The position numbers and the translations under genes were made by a program. The notes under the pieces were generated by a model. That model did not search any database, had not been told where the DNA came from, and saw only the letters and a list, made by a program, of their open reading frames with translations. From positions 592,011 through 656,010 of the forward strand of contig CBDCJO010000001.1 of the NCBI GenBank assembly GCA_965217865.1: a DNA stretch of 64,000 nt, written 5' to 3'. Shown here piece after piece: positions 52,605 to 63,819 of this stretch. Positions within the stretch are counted from its first letter, which is position 1. Every line of letters starts with the position of its first letter. Source of the DNA: Candidatus Latescibacterota bacterium (GTDB taxonomy: Bacteria; Latescibacterota; UBA2968; SICM01).

Positions 52605-54338
52605 TCACTTCCAGCCCTCTCCGTTTCCACCAAGGGCTGCTCGTTCTTGTTTTGTAAGGCGATAGAGCTTGAAGGCTGCTGCATTGCACGCCAGCGTATC
52701 CCCACGTCTTGCTGCCTCCGCCAGCGCTGTCTTGATCTTGGCAGGCACATCCTGCCAGCGTGGAAGGCGAATACGCCGGAGATACTGCGCCTGAAAACGT
52801 AGATAGCCGCCGCGCATCTGTGTCGAATAGATAGATACAAACAGCCGCGCGATCCCGGATTGCAGGGCCGCTTGTAGCGCTTTCAGATCCCACTCATCGG
52901 ACGTTATGAAATAGAGATTGTGGTGCGGATAGAGCTGGCCTTTCTCATAAACGATATGGGCTTCACCTTTGATATCCGGGATGAGCAGCTTCGGCTTCTT
53001 CGCAAGAGGCGGATAAATCCTGTCAATGGTGCGATACCAGTTTGCTGGACCCTTTTGCGCGATGTGGCGCTTGGCAATCTTATCCTTGCGCGCCTCCAGA
53101 TAACGTCTAAGCCTAGGATATTGAACCAGATCGACAAGCACGCCTTCATCGGTAAACGGATTGATGATGCCAAAGCCACGCCAATTGACTTCACCGCTCA
53201 AGATGTCGCGGGTCATGGCAAGGGGCAATTTGCGGTCCGGTTCTACATCAAGCTCGTCATAGGGGCCGATAAAGGCCTTGTCTGCACCGGTCGCAACGCC
53301 GATGCCGACTTTGCATCCCGCTTCTTCAATGAGCGGAAAGTCATACTCAAGGCGGCGCAGCAGGGCCAGTTGATCCTGAGATTCCAGTACCCACGGCTCC
53401 GCACCCATCGCCACACCGGCAAGTTCTTTCACAGGGCTGTCTGGCTGGGGAGTTTTGGTCGCCAGAAGTTCGTGGGCCAGGGCGCGCAAAGTCTTTCTGG
53501 TGATCTCCGGTCGCCGGGCAATCCGGGTCTTGCCGGACCTTTCCCTGCCGATGATGGTAATGGCGGGATACGCGGTCACGTCTTTATGGAAGGCGGGGGT
53601 GCCCACCATGTCCACATAGGCTCTCAAGTGAAAGCGCTCTGCCACCATCTGGCGTAACTGCCTGCCGTAACGGTTCTTCATCCAGCGGTCAGCACAGATG
53701 AAACCGAGCACACCGCCCTTCGAGAGGAGGCTGAGTGAGCGCTCAATAAAGGGGATATAGAGATCGGCCCGGTCAAAGATCGTGGTGTAGCGTGAGCGAT
53801 ATTCAGCAATCAGAGCGTCAGGGATTAGTTCTTGCCGGACATATGGGGGATTGCCAACGACATGGTCGAATCCACCTAGTAGTGGTGCCTGCAGGAAATC
53901 ACCGCATATGAGCCAAGTTCCCGCGAGTTGCTCGGCGGCCTTGTGGGCAATCCCCTCTTGCGTGAGAAGGGCAATGACCTTCAGGCGCGTCGCGGCGTAC
54001 GAAGCCTTGTGCAGTTCCACCGCGCGAATACAGTCCTTGAGGCCATCAAATACGCCGTGCCTGTCCTCATGTCGCATCCACGCCTTAAGCAGACGCTCGA
54101 CAACGATGAGCAGAAAATCACCTTCTCCGAAAGACGGCTCTAGAACGCGACGTTTGTATAGAGCCCTATCGTGGGTGTAGCGCAGCAGGTCAAGGATGAA
54201 TTCGACGACCTCGCACCGGGTAAAGATAGCTCCGCGTTCTTCGATGTCGGCGGCGGCGAGGCTCTCCAACGCATCTTCAACCGGACACATGCCGGGGAAC
54301 GATGCTTGGTGAAGATTTTGTTGCGCTGGTTCAGCCAT
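52605..54338 (-). CDS. M.PaeR7I-like N6-adenine DNA methyltransferase (gamma class)
   Basis: [10 protein letters not shown] then VGNPPY; directly upstream of the restriction gene. Confidence 0.9.
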   Translation of the reverse strand: MAEPAQQNLHQASFPGMCPVEDALESLAAADIEERGAIFTRCEVVEFILDLLRYTHDRALYKRRVLEPSFGEGDFLLIVVERLLKAWMRHEDRHGVFDGLKDCIRAVELHKASYAATRLKVIALLTQEGIAHKAAEQLAGTWLICGDFLQAPLLGGFDHVVGNPPYVRQELIPDALIAEYRSRYTTIFDRADLYIPFIERSLSLLSKGGVLGFICADRWMKNRYGRQLRQMVAERFHLRAYVDMVGTPAFHKDVTAYPAITIIGRERSGKTRIARRPEITRKTLRALAHELLATKTPQPDSPVKELAGVAMGAEPWVLESQDQLALLRRLEYDFPLIEEAGCKVGIGVATGADKAFIGPYDELDVEPDRKLPLAMTRDILSGEVNWRGFGIINPFTDEGVLVDLVQYPRLRRYLEARKDKIAKRHIAQKGPANWYRTIDRIYPPLAKKPKLLIPDIKGEAHIVYEKGQLYPHHNLYFITSDEWDLKALQAALQSGIARLFVSIYSTQMRGGYLRFQAQYLRRIRLPRWQDVPAKIKTALAEAARRGDTLACNAAAFKLYRLTKQERAALGGNGEGWK

Positions 54339-54353
54339 TCTTATGTTTTCCGT

Positions 54354-55420
54354 TCAATTCGCTCGTTTTAAAGAGCCAAGGGCGAACTTCGACAACGCCG
54401 CAAGCGCCCTTCCGTCGAGAAGCCGTTCGCCGATCGTTGCCGATCCGGTCAGACCTTCGCGTAGCGTCTCGATGATTTCTTCCAGTAATGGCCGGTGGTC
54501 CTTGCCATCGGAGAAATCCTGGAGTGCCAACGCGGAAATGGCCCTCGTCCAACGGGCTGCCTCCAGCAACGGGGCTTCCTCCGGCAAGGCCCGCCACCAG
54601 TCGCCCGGCAGGGCTTTAAAGCGCGTGCATTGTGAGCGAAGGAGTGCCACGAAACGGATAATGCGCGTGCGCGAAAATCCGCGTAGGAGGATTTCGGCGA
54701 GAGCCGCGGCAAGTTGCCCTTCGGCTGTTGAAAGCGCCGACCGGCCATGAATGAAGTGGAGCGGCAAATTCGCGGCTTCGGCCAGCGCCAGCATGTGATT
54801 ATCCCAGGACTCGGGCGACGCTGCCGTGATCGCAATCTGTTGGGGTCGCGCTCCTTGGGCAAGATGCTGCCGGGCCCACCGCAGAGATTCCAAAATTTCG
54901 TGACGCGGACTGGCACAGGATACGGCACGGACAGTTGGTGTTGCCGTCGGCGTTATCTCAACTACGATCTCGCCGTCCGACAGCCAATCCGGGATTTTCC
55001 TGGCTTCACCCACCCAGACAAGATCCGTTTCCCGGAAAATCAGTGACAATAACGGCCGCCACACCGGCGACATCTCGGTACGGCCGTGAATCTCGATGCG
55101 ACCGAAGATTGAGCGGGCATGGCCGACACGTTCGGACGCTACCGCCACGAGGTCCCTTGGCCGGACCTGATTGTTCGGCAGTTGCGAAAGCACTTCTCTT
55201 TCAAGGACCGCCAGCGAGCTAAGGCGCTCTCTCGCTGTCTCGTCGGCCGCGGCCTCCGCCTCCTCGTCCAGCGTCAAGCCCGCGCTCCATGCCTTCGATA
55301 AACTCGCCGCCGCGGCGCGTTGAAACCCAGGTAGTGCCTTTATCTTGTCGAACTCTCCAAGCGGCTCCGCGACAGCGGCCGCCACCGCCGTCTTGAGATC
55401 ATTGGAATTGCGGGACAGAA
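54354..55420 (-). pseudogene. Internal fragment of an AddB-like protein
   Basis: SCASPRHEILESLRWAR..QIAITAAS; both ends are fused to unrelated sequence. Confidence 0.5.
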
Positions 55421-55449
55421 CAGTCATCGTGACCGGCTCGGGAAGTGGC

Positions 55450-57205
55450 ATCGGCCGGGCTCGCGCAAAACATTCTTGCACGCATTGTAAATCTCGCCAC
55501 TCGGCGGTTTGAGATTGTCCGGCGGGTCATTGGGTCTGGTGGCCAAGATGGACGCTTTCTCCTCGAGAATTTCGTCGGCCTTTTCTTTCTTATCCTTATC
55601 GGCTGATACCGCCAGCGCCCAGAGAACCTCGTCGTCGAACAGGTAGGATTCCAGGTTGCGCCGTGACAGAACACGAATGCCTTTCGCTGCCAGATCGGCA
55701 ATCTCAATGTTAGTTCGGTCGTCCCGATCGATTAGTCGAACAACCACCAGACCGCCGATCAGCAACCGAAGCGCTTCCGCCAAGCCCCGTTTATCGTCCT
55801 CGATTTCCCTTGTGCCGCCCATCGGCGCGAATCGCGTATCCGGGAACTCGTCCTTGAAGATTTTTTCGTAGCACGGTGCGTCAACGGAGTCTTCCCCATT
55901 TCACCTTCGCAGATGATGACCCGACTTGGAGCCACTAGTGCAGCCAGATCGTCGAGTGCGATGTCGTAGGCACGATGCCAGAAGGTCCGATCCGGCTTCT
56001 CTGGCTGGATAATCTGAGGTGTGTCGAAATTGCGGTCTCCGAAGTCCAGGAATACTACCCTTCCTGGTGCGTTCGATTCAATGTCCCTAGCCCGGCGCAT
56101 CATTCCGATGGAGTGTGTTGCCAGCATCAACTGGCAGTTTTCCGGGATGAGGTTGTAGAGCACGGTCAGAAGCTTCGCCTGAAGGCGCATATTCATTGTG
56201 CGACTCGGGTTCGTCGATGCAGAACACCGTGTTGTCATAGTTGCGACGCGCAACGACCAGATCTAGGATCAGATCGAACGCGGCCTTCTCGCCCCCGGAC
56301 AGGTTTTTGAACACGAATCCTTGGCTGACACCCTTCGTGAAGCGAAAAGTGCCCTCTTCTAGCGGATTCCCCAGACTGTTGAGTTCTAAATCGGGAAACA
56401 ATCCACCCAGGGCTTCTCGGACGTCACCGATACTCTCTGTTCGATACCTGTCGAATGTCATTGACCCCTCACCGCGTTCGTACAAGTCTTCAAGACCCTG
56501 GCTAGCGAGTCCCTGATAGTTTCGACTGACGGCGGCATCGTTGTCGATCATGCGGCTGACGCGCACTTCATCCAAAGGATCTCCAGTCCGTTGGAGTTCC
56601 CGGATCTGAAGGTCGGGGTCGTTTCTATACGCCGACCTCACGTAGAAGACCTTTTTTCGCTCTTCAGGAAAAGAATCGTGAAACTCCAACACGACATCGT
56701 TGGTCCAGTGGTCGCGGCTGGGTGAACCAGCTTTGACGTGATAATCCATGTCCCACATATTGGCAATTATATACTTGACAAAGTGATAATGAACCAAACG
56801 TGTTTGGTCCATTCCTCAAGGGATGCTCGTATAGATCAACTCCCGTTTTTGATCACGATCCGCTTGAGTTCAACCATATCCGACTTGATTTCAGCAATCT
56901 TCTTTTCCGTAGCCGGCTCGCTGGTCTGCAAACTGAGCTTGCGTGTTCTCGTCGTTTGTTTTAAGGCGATTATCCGCACGTATCGACGCAATGGCTTCAA
57001 CAATCACGTTTTGAAACGCCTTCGCAAGGTTTACAGCGCTCCCGTTCAAATCGTGACTGGCCATGTCATTTCTCCTCTTTTTACTTTGTCAAGTATATAA
57101 TTACCCACATATTGCCTGTTATCTGTTTATTTGATGTCCAATTGTGCCAGGTCTGCAGCGCATCGAAGAAGGAGGACTTGCCACACCCGTTCGGACCTGC
57201 GAGGG
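55450..57205 (-). pseudogene. ABC-type ATPase plus TOPRIM-like (OLD-like) protein, disrupted
   Basis: AGPNGCGKSS, NLSGGEK, CIDEPESH, LATHS, IICEG, LIDRD and RNLESYL; frameshifts and a MITE insertion. Confidence 0.75.
56762..57105. mobile_element. 344-bp non-autonomous element with IS1595-like ends and an 8-bp target duplication
   Basis: IRs GG[C/T]AATTATATACTTGACAAAGT; CACATATT at 56754-56761 and 57106-57113. Confidence 0.88.
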
Positions 57206-57380
57206 AATCCGGGCAAATGACGGAACCTTCAGAAAAGCGACCGTGGGGGGGACAGTGGAGCGGGACAGTGGAGTGCAACAGTCACACGAATGGGGGTTAC
57301 CTTCACACCCGTCCCTGAAGATTCGGAAAACGACGACGGATAAGGATAAAGGCTTGACGGCCTGGCTGGATCCGCCCTTG

Positions 57381-58074
57381 TCAAAAATGAAATCGTAATC
57401 CTATTTCGACACTGTGGATTTCCACATTGATTTTGCTCATGAAATCATATCCCCATAACTCCTCAAGCTCAAGAGTCGTTGTGGAGAAGTAACGATAATC
57501 AACTGTGAAAGTAGTAATATCGCTGATATTGTATCCAACTCCACCGATGAATTGATAAGCGATATTGTCGGAGATGGCCGTGTCACTTTCGTCATTGACG
57601 GATACGTGCGCAAATCCTATGCCGCCGCCAATATACTGGATAATTTTTTCACTATGCATGTAAGTCATAATACGCATTGGTCATAATACTCAAGGACGTC
57701 ATATTTCCGGATGCCTGATACACGTTGTTGACAGCATCCACAAGAGCCTTATTGGTGGATTTGCCATCTCTGATCCAGGATTTATAGGGAAGGGCTTTGA
57801 TCTTAGTATTGCGATATCCGATCTCACCTTCGACCCGGAACGGCCATCCATTAATTTTGCTGCCAAACGCCCCACGAGTATTAAAGCCAGTGTCAAACTT
57901 AGAGACGTTTTGGGCCACTATCAACGACCCACGCACGCGACCGCTTGATATTAACTCTGCGTCGTTTACGAATACAGGTCCTCCGATGATGGAAACGTAA
58001 GAACCAAGCGGCAGCAGCTTCGCCTCGATTGGCGCGACCGCAAACATCGATAACAGAAAGATAGTCTTGAACAT
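57381..58074 (-). pseudogene. Outer-membrane beta-barrel protein, frameshifted near 57660
   Basis: Signal peptide, FRVEGEIGYR, MTNAYYD / YIGGGIG, AYQFIGG and terminal GLRFHF. Confidence 0.75.
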
Positions 58075-58088
58075 CTCACTTCCTCCCA

Positions 58089-58340
58089 TCAAAGATAATC
58101 CAGAATAACGTCTGCATGACAAGGTGCACCAAGCGGACACCAGCACGACAGGTCATGGCCTGTTAATTTTTCCTTCGCTTCGGCAAGCATGCCGGGTTGA
58201 GATAAAAACCAAACCCGATACTTATCCACGCAGCCAGGCCCCGTGAAAGGGTTTCCCCATCTTGACGGCCGCCCGACGTAAATTGATCCCCGTGGGGATC
58301 GCCATCCTTTGGTCCGCCGCCTTTGAATCCGAACGTTCAC
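58089..58340 (-). CDS. DUF4326 domain protein
   Basis: YVGRPSRWGNPF..LTGHDLSCWCP..CHADV. Confidence 0.85.
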   Translation of the reverse strand: MNVRIQRRRTKGWRSPRGSIYVGRPSRWGNPFTGPGCVDKYRVWFLSQPGMLAEAKEKLTGHDLSCWCPLGAPCHADVILDYL

Positions 58341-58910
58341 TTTCTGATCCTCATTGAATTAACGGCCATGCTGTAACACTTGGAACACATAGGACGAAGG
58401 TGCTTGGCGGGGGATTCTTTGTACAGGTTTTTGTGCCCTGACGGGGTATCTGCCCAGGCGTAGACCAACTCGCGATCGTTTTGTCAAGACTATTTATTTG
58501 GCTTCGCCAGACGTCGTCAAGCAAGGACAAGGTCCTCGCTAGGGACCGGCTGGGCGCGATGCTTGAAGTCGTTGCAGACATTGCCGAAGACCCGGAAGCG
58601 CCCCCAGGCGTACGGCTCACGGCGGCGAACTCCTTCCTGGATCGGTTGGCAGGGAGGGCGGCAAGGATGGGTTACGCTCCACACGTCCTCAGGGATAAGG
58701 AAGACGCGCGCCGAGACCCCCTGAGTTTGGCCCCTTGGGCCTCCCTCTAAAAGGCCGTTAGGTCGAGGCTTGGCCGTAGCGCCTTTGACTCACCCCGGTA
58801 TCGAGGCGCGCCTGTGGCGCCCCGGAGCCGGACGGCCCACTGGCTCGCGGAACAAGGCAACCCTCGCCCGCGCGCGAGACAGGCGCGGCTCAAGGCAGCG
58901 AAGGTGAACG

Positions 58911-59230
58911 ATGGTGGGACGTAAAACAAAGCTGACACCCGAGCTCGGGGCCGAGATCGCTGAAAGTGTTCGGAAGGGGCCTCTCGAACAAAGACGCCTG
59001 CCGGGTGGCGGGAATCAGCGAAAGGACTTTCTATCGCTGGCTCCGAGCTGGCGCGGCGGCGAAATCGGGTCAATTTTGTCATTTTTTGGAGTCCATAAAA
59101 AAGACCGAGGCGGATCTCAAAGTCTCGAACCTTGTTGTTATCCAGAAGGCCGCGCTGGAGCCCACGGTCACGGCCAAGGAGCATGTCCGGCAGAACCCGG
59201 ATGGAAGCACGATCACTGGCCCGTCCAGGC
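58911..59230 (+). pseudogene. Phage-like HTH protein (terminase-small-subunit-like), frameshifted
   Basis: GRKTKLTPE / ACRVAGISERTFYRWL..FLESIKKTEA. Confidence 0.55.
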
Positions 59231-59599
59231 CGCCGAAGACTTCACCGATGGGAACCAAGCCGTCTCGTTTGCTCTGCATTGGGTTTCCGTCATTTTCTCA
59301 TGTTCCCCAGACACAAGAAAACGACAGGACTGATTGGGAGAAAGCATGAGCATTGATGGAGGAGACCGGAACAGCCTTCTGTTCCGTAGACGGTCATCAG
59401 GATTGATCAAGCGATCGGCGAAGGGTTGCGATCAATGCTTGGCGGAAACCATCGTCGTTATCCCTAGACCAGGGGACGGTTGTGCAATGCGTTCATGTGC
59501 TTTATTACACGTGGTTCCTAGGATCCGGTGGCTTTTATTGACACGGAATCTCCAGCCCACATCTCTGCGAGGTGGATACTGGGGGCTTCATGAAAGTAT

Positions 59600-59908
59600 T
59601 TGAACTTGGATACCCCTTCCTTTGGAAGGGGAGGAAAAGTTTAGCTTGCCGAAGGCAAGCTAAAAGGATGTCTTATCGTGTTCAGACCACTGAGACACAA
59701 ATCGACTCAGGAGGCATACGATGGGACTCCGACGGACCAGTCACGCAGTCTATGATAGCCTGTATCCTCTGGTATGGGCACCGAAGTACCGGAAATGGAT
59801 TCTGGGAGGTGACCAACGAGCGTATGTGGGCAAGCTGTTTCATCGGATAGCAGAAGATTTTGGGGGTGGGAGTGGTTAATGCCCCGCCCTTTGGGCGGGG
59901 TGGTTTAC
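59600..59908 (+). mobile_element. Internally deleted IS200/IS605-family element
   Basis: Terminal hairpins CCCCTTCCTTTGGAAGGGG and CCCCGCCCTTTGGGCGGGG around a tnpA stub at 59721-59879 (MGLRRTSHAVYD..LVWAPKYRK). Confidence 0.8.
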
Positions 59909-60151
59909 TCGGGTCTTCGCTCTTGCACGGACGCCATATCGACTCACCATTCATGTCACGTAGCATCCTTTCGTCTATAACACTTTCTGCACTGACGGCA
60001 ATCACCACAAAGGTAATAGCCAAGCCTCGTCGAACGCAGCTTCGTCAAGGAACGACGCTGAACCGGTTGCGTGAAACTCACGGGACCTCCGGTTCTCTCC
60101 ATCCGTGGATGCTGTAGCCCATCCGTGACCGTTCAAGAAAGGAGTCCGACC

Positions 60152-60590
60152 GTGAAGAAGAGCGTTTACCTGGCAAACCCCTACGGGTTTTCACAGCAGC
60201 AGAGACAAGGACTGCTTCCCGCCTTTGTAGAGGCGATCGGTTCGCTGGGAGCGGAGGTGTGGGAGCGAAACAATCAGATCGACTTCACCGCGTCCGGATG
60301 GGCATACAAGGTGGGACAGGCTGACCTGAAGGACGTTGTCGAGGCGGACGGTATTTTTGCGATCGTGAACGGTACCCCGCCCGACGAAGGCGTCATGGTA
60401 GAACTCGGAAGACCTTCCTCTTCCGCGACGATTTAAGAAGATGTACAGACTCCGAAGTCTATCCCCTGAACCTCATGCTCTTCACCGGTCTCCCTGAATG
60501 GGGGTGGGAAGACTACTACTATACGTCTGTGAGGGAGATCTCTTCTCCGAAGAAGGCGCTGGCCCGGTGGCTGCGTGGCGAACTCGACTG
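60152..60590 (+). pseudogene. Nucleoside 2-deoxyribosyltransferase family, with deletions/frameshift
   Basis: VYLANPYGFS and NGTPPDEGVMVELG, then shifted FLFRDDLRRCTD..PLNLML. Confidence 0.8.
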
Positions 60591-60662
60591 ACCTCATACG
60601 AAAAAATCGCCTTTTCTATGCCGCGTATAAACAATTACATCATTGCATTTTATACGGTTTGC

Positions 60663-61442
60663 TTAGGGTTCAGGCGGTTTGGGCATCGAATCAGGCTCTA
60701 CTTTGCTGTATTCAGTGCTGAATTCTCTGATATGATCTTCCAAGGCTTCAACATTCGCTTCGTGGTCATCCAACTCAGATGTGATATCCCTCACCCTATC
60801 TGCTTCCAGCACCATCAATTGGATAGGATCCGAAACCCCGCCGGTGCTCGTTCGGATTGCCTGCTTTAGCGTCCAAGTGGTTGCAAAGACGCCTTCCGCC
60901 AATTTTGGCAAACGTTTCTCCCAGAATAGCCTTCTGATAAACGCCAAGAATGGGTCTGCCGTCTTCTGTTCGCTCCCGACCGAAAGAAAGGGAAGATCCT
61001 CGCTCGCAGCTTCTCCGGCACCTTGGTAATCGAACTGAAGAAGTGTGGGCTTTCCCTTGACCGGCAAGGCCACAACACTTGAACATAAGGCACTCGTGGC
61101 TGCGTTTTGATGTCCGACGAGATTGGCTACACTTTGCGCCGTTTGCGCTGCTGGGATGATGTCTTTCTTGAATTCAGTGCTGATGGTACGCATGGCATCA
61201 GCAGCGCTCTTGCACTGCGTTTTGGACAGCTTGTTTGTCCCATTGAGAGATTCAACTTGATCAACCAGTAGTTGAGACATCCCAACGGGGCCAGATACGC
61301 CAACGATGATTCGATTCCCGACGCCGCAGAGCTTTTTCGTTGGCTGACGAGCCGTCTGGGAACCGAGTGATCCGAGTGTCGCCGCTCCGTCTGATCCCAC
61401 GACCACTCCGTCTTTACATAAGATCCCTACGATCAGAGTCAC
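60663..61442 (-). CDS. Proteasome beta-subunit-like Ntn hydrolase
   Basis: GTG start with an upstream GGAG gives (M)TLIVGILCKDGVVVGSD (Thr1, Asp17), TKKL, VGVSG and FLSVGSE; 259 aa. Confidence 0.75.
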   Translation of the reverse strand: MTLIVGILCKDGVVVGSDGAATLGSLGSQTARQPTKKLCGVGNRIIVGVSGPVGMSQLLVDQVESLNGTNKLSKTQCKSAADAMRTISTEFKKDIIPAAQTAQSVANLVGHQNAATSALCSSVVALPVKGKPTLLQFDYQGAGEAASEDLPFLSVGSEQKTADPFLAFIRRLFWEKRLPKLAEGVFATTWTLKQAIRTSTGGVSDPIQLMVLEADRVRDITSELDDHEANVEALEDHIREFSTEYSKVEPDSMPKPPEP

Positions 61443-61444
61443 TG

Positions 61445-61870
61445 TTACTCTCCGAAAACGCTGTTGACCTTGTAGGCTGGGAAGTGCGCGTAGATCGTTT
61501 TGATCAGATCCTGGAACGAAAGATCCTGAATCCACGTGACAAGCAGCTTCAAATATTCCCAAGGCTGCTCCGGTTTCGTCGCGATTTTTTCTGCGGCTAT
61601 CTTGCCCTCTTCTGTGATCCAGTATTCTCGCCAGCGCACGCCCGGTACGGGCAACACGACGATCAGTCCCTCAAGGACCATCCGGTCGGCCTCTTTATAT
61701 ACCTCATGCGAAAACGGGCCATAGTGATACGGCTCGAACTTGTAGAAACTGCGCCCCCCCAGAAGCCCGGATTCGCTCAACAGAAAAAGGCTCTTCTGTA
61801 ACTGTACCGGCTGTAATCTGTAGTCCTTTGCGGCCAGAAGGGCTAATAGAATCCAATCCTTCTTTTTCAT
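61445..61870 (-). CDS. Panacea/SocA (DUF4065)- or YwgA-like winged-helix protein
   Basis: VQLQKSLFLL..YKFEPYHYGPFSHEVY..YWITEEG. Confidence 0.65.
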   Translation of the reverse strand: MKKKDWILLALLAAKDYRLQPVQLQKSLFLLSESGLLGGRSFYKFEPYHYGPFSHEVYKEADRMVLEGLIVVLPVPGVRWREYWITEEGKIAAEKIATKPEQPWEYLKLLVTWIQDLSFQDLIKTIYAHFPAYKVNSVFGE

Positions 61871-62046
61871 CCCGATGGTTCTCCACTTTTGATCTTCGGT
61901 TCGAACATTCGTTTTGGCAGATCGATCGCACTTGGCCGTGGTATGAGCAGACTCCTTCCGGGCTTCTTCCTGATGCTCATATCCCCTCCCTTTCAGTCCA
62001 TTCCGTTGATCAGGCGAAGGTTTACCACAAGCTTTTCAACCCCAAA

Positions 62047-62720
62047 CTAGTACACCCTGACACCTAAAACTTGGGATAGAGCTTCTTCAGTTTGATGCGG
62101 GCGTCGGTGGTCCTGAACTGCCAATCAATGGTTCTGTGTTTCTCGTTTCGATCACATTTCCAGGCCTCCACCTGGTTGGTGAGGGTCTGCAGGTCAGGAA
62201 TGCGGCTGTGCAGGCATTGTCTGGCAAGGACGCTCAGTTCGATCTCGGCGACATTGAGCCAGCTGCCGTGCTTGGGGGTGTAGCGCAATTCGAGGCGTTT
62301 GGCTAGAGAACGGGCCTTTTCGGGTGGGAAGGCCTCGTAGAGAGATGCGATGGTGTGAGTACTGAGGTTGTCGCAGACCAGGACCACGACTTCCGCATCC
62401 GGGTAGTCCACCTCAAGCAGCGTAGTTATATACTTGATGCGGCCAACGGGCCGAGAAATTGAATCGTTGTGGGGACGGCTACAGCACTACGCATGTGAAT
62501 GAGCCATCGGTATGCCTAAGAAGAAGTACATTGTTCGTCTGACAGAAGGAGAACGCGAGTGGCTGGATCGATCCGCCAGCTTTACGAAGCCTTTCTACCC
62601 GCGAAGGCACGCGCGTTGGGTGTCTTGAACTACGCTACACGCCGAAACACGATAGCTGGCTCAACATCGCCGAAATCGAGCTCAGCGTACTGACCAGGCA
62701 ATGCCTCAAGCCGACGCATC
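62047..62720. mobile_element. Two IS630-family remnants (3' half on minus; internally deleted copy on plus)
   Basis: [23 protein letters not shown]; MPKKKYIVRLT joined to TPKHDSWLNIAEIE. Confidence 0.8.
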
Positions 62721-63070
62721 CCCATGGGTTGTGCCAAGCGTGGGTACATTCGACGACCCAGCGACGAGCAGGGTAGATTCTTGACGGTGGCAGAAGTATG
62801 TGGAAGTTCACCTCGTTTTCCGCCGTGCAGGATATGGTCGCGTTCAAGGACTCCGCCCATCAACCGCGATTACATCCAGCGTCTTCAGGGCGACGGTCTT
62901 TGTTGTGGGTATTAGCAGGGGGCACCACGACTGACAAAGGGGCACCCCGCCGGTCGGTCAACACACTGCACCTAGGTGCCCCGCTTCCTTCGGTCCACAG
63001 GGCTTAACCGGTGGCCTGTCTACCCCCACGGATGCTTTGGTGATCGCCCCATCGAGAGCCTTGGGAGGCG
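62720..63070 (-). mobile_element. Degraded IS5-family transposase
   Basis: LDGAITKA, SVVVPPAN and RRWVVECTHAW. Confidence 0.6.
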
Positions 63071-63819
63071 CTTAAAGAGTGGATACACGGTGAGATTCAA
63101 AGGAGATTGCAGGAGGAAAAGGTAACCGCCTTTTGGGGTCGATGTCCTTACGAACGGCATTCTGGAGTCGATTTAATTTCTGGCTATCGCAATGGGTATG
63201 GCAAGCCTCGAAAACTGAACCTGACGGGTGGCACGATTGAGGTAAAGCGACCTTGTACGGGGTCTGGAAGAACGGTTTGAAAACCGGATACTGCCGTGGG
63301 GATGGGGCATCTTCCCTCCTTGAACTTCCCTTTGCTCCACCAGATCTGACGAATATGGGTCTCAGTTTGAAATTCGAGGGGAGTAGGTCTTTGGACGGTT
63401 CGGCTTTGATGCCCTCGCGTCGATCAATCCTACAATCCACTTCATATCGCGAAGGGTATCCTTTATACTATCGTCCCCAGATGTACTTATTAACCTTGTA
63501 CGCCTGGGGCGCTTTAGTTAAACCCGCCCGCATAGGAAATTCCAGGCCCGGCGTAACCATCTGAGACGGGCCATTCAAGGGATAGACCTTAACGGTACCT
63601 CCCCTCTTCGGAACCGGCGCCCACCAGATTAGATTGCGCTGGACACCCCGGTACCGCGTCTTCGGGCTATAGACAAAAGCGCCGCCCAGAGCCGATGGAT
63701 TATACTTGACGCGGAAGTCCTGACCGCCGACATTGAGCTTATTGGGTTCAATATTCATAATCACTTCGGCGCGCGCCCGGGCGCAGGCGTGGCCGGCATC
63801 CCGAGAAGGCGATATCAAG

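Noticed and set aside
52600-52893. N-terminal extension of the PaeR7I-like ORF
   Set aside because: Overlaps the methyltransferase in another frame; family similarity begins at MGIDL.
57381-59350. Intact prophage
   Set aside because: Only small phage-like scraps; no capsid, portal, large terminase or tail genes.
61443-61562. Apparent propeptide on the proteasome-like ORF
   Set aside because: Overlaps the upstream gene; a GTG with a GGAG RBS at 61442 gives Thr1 directly.
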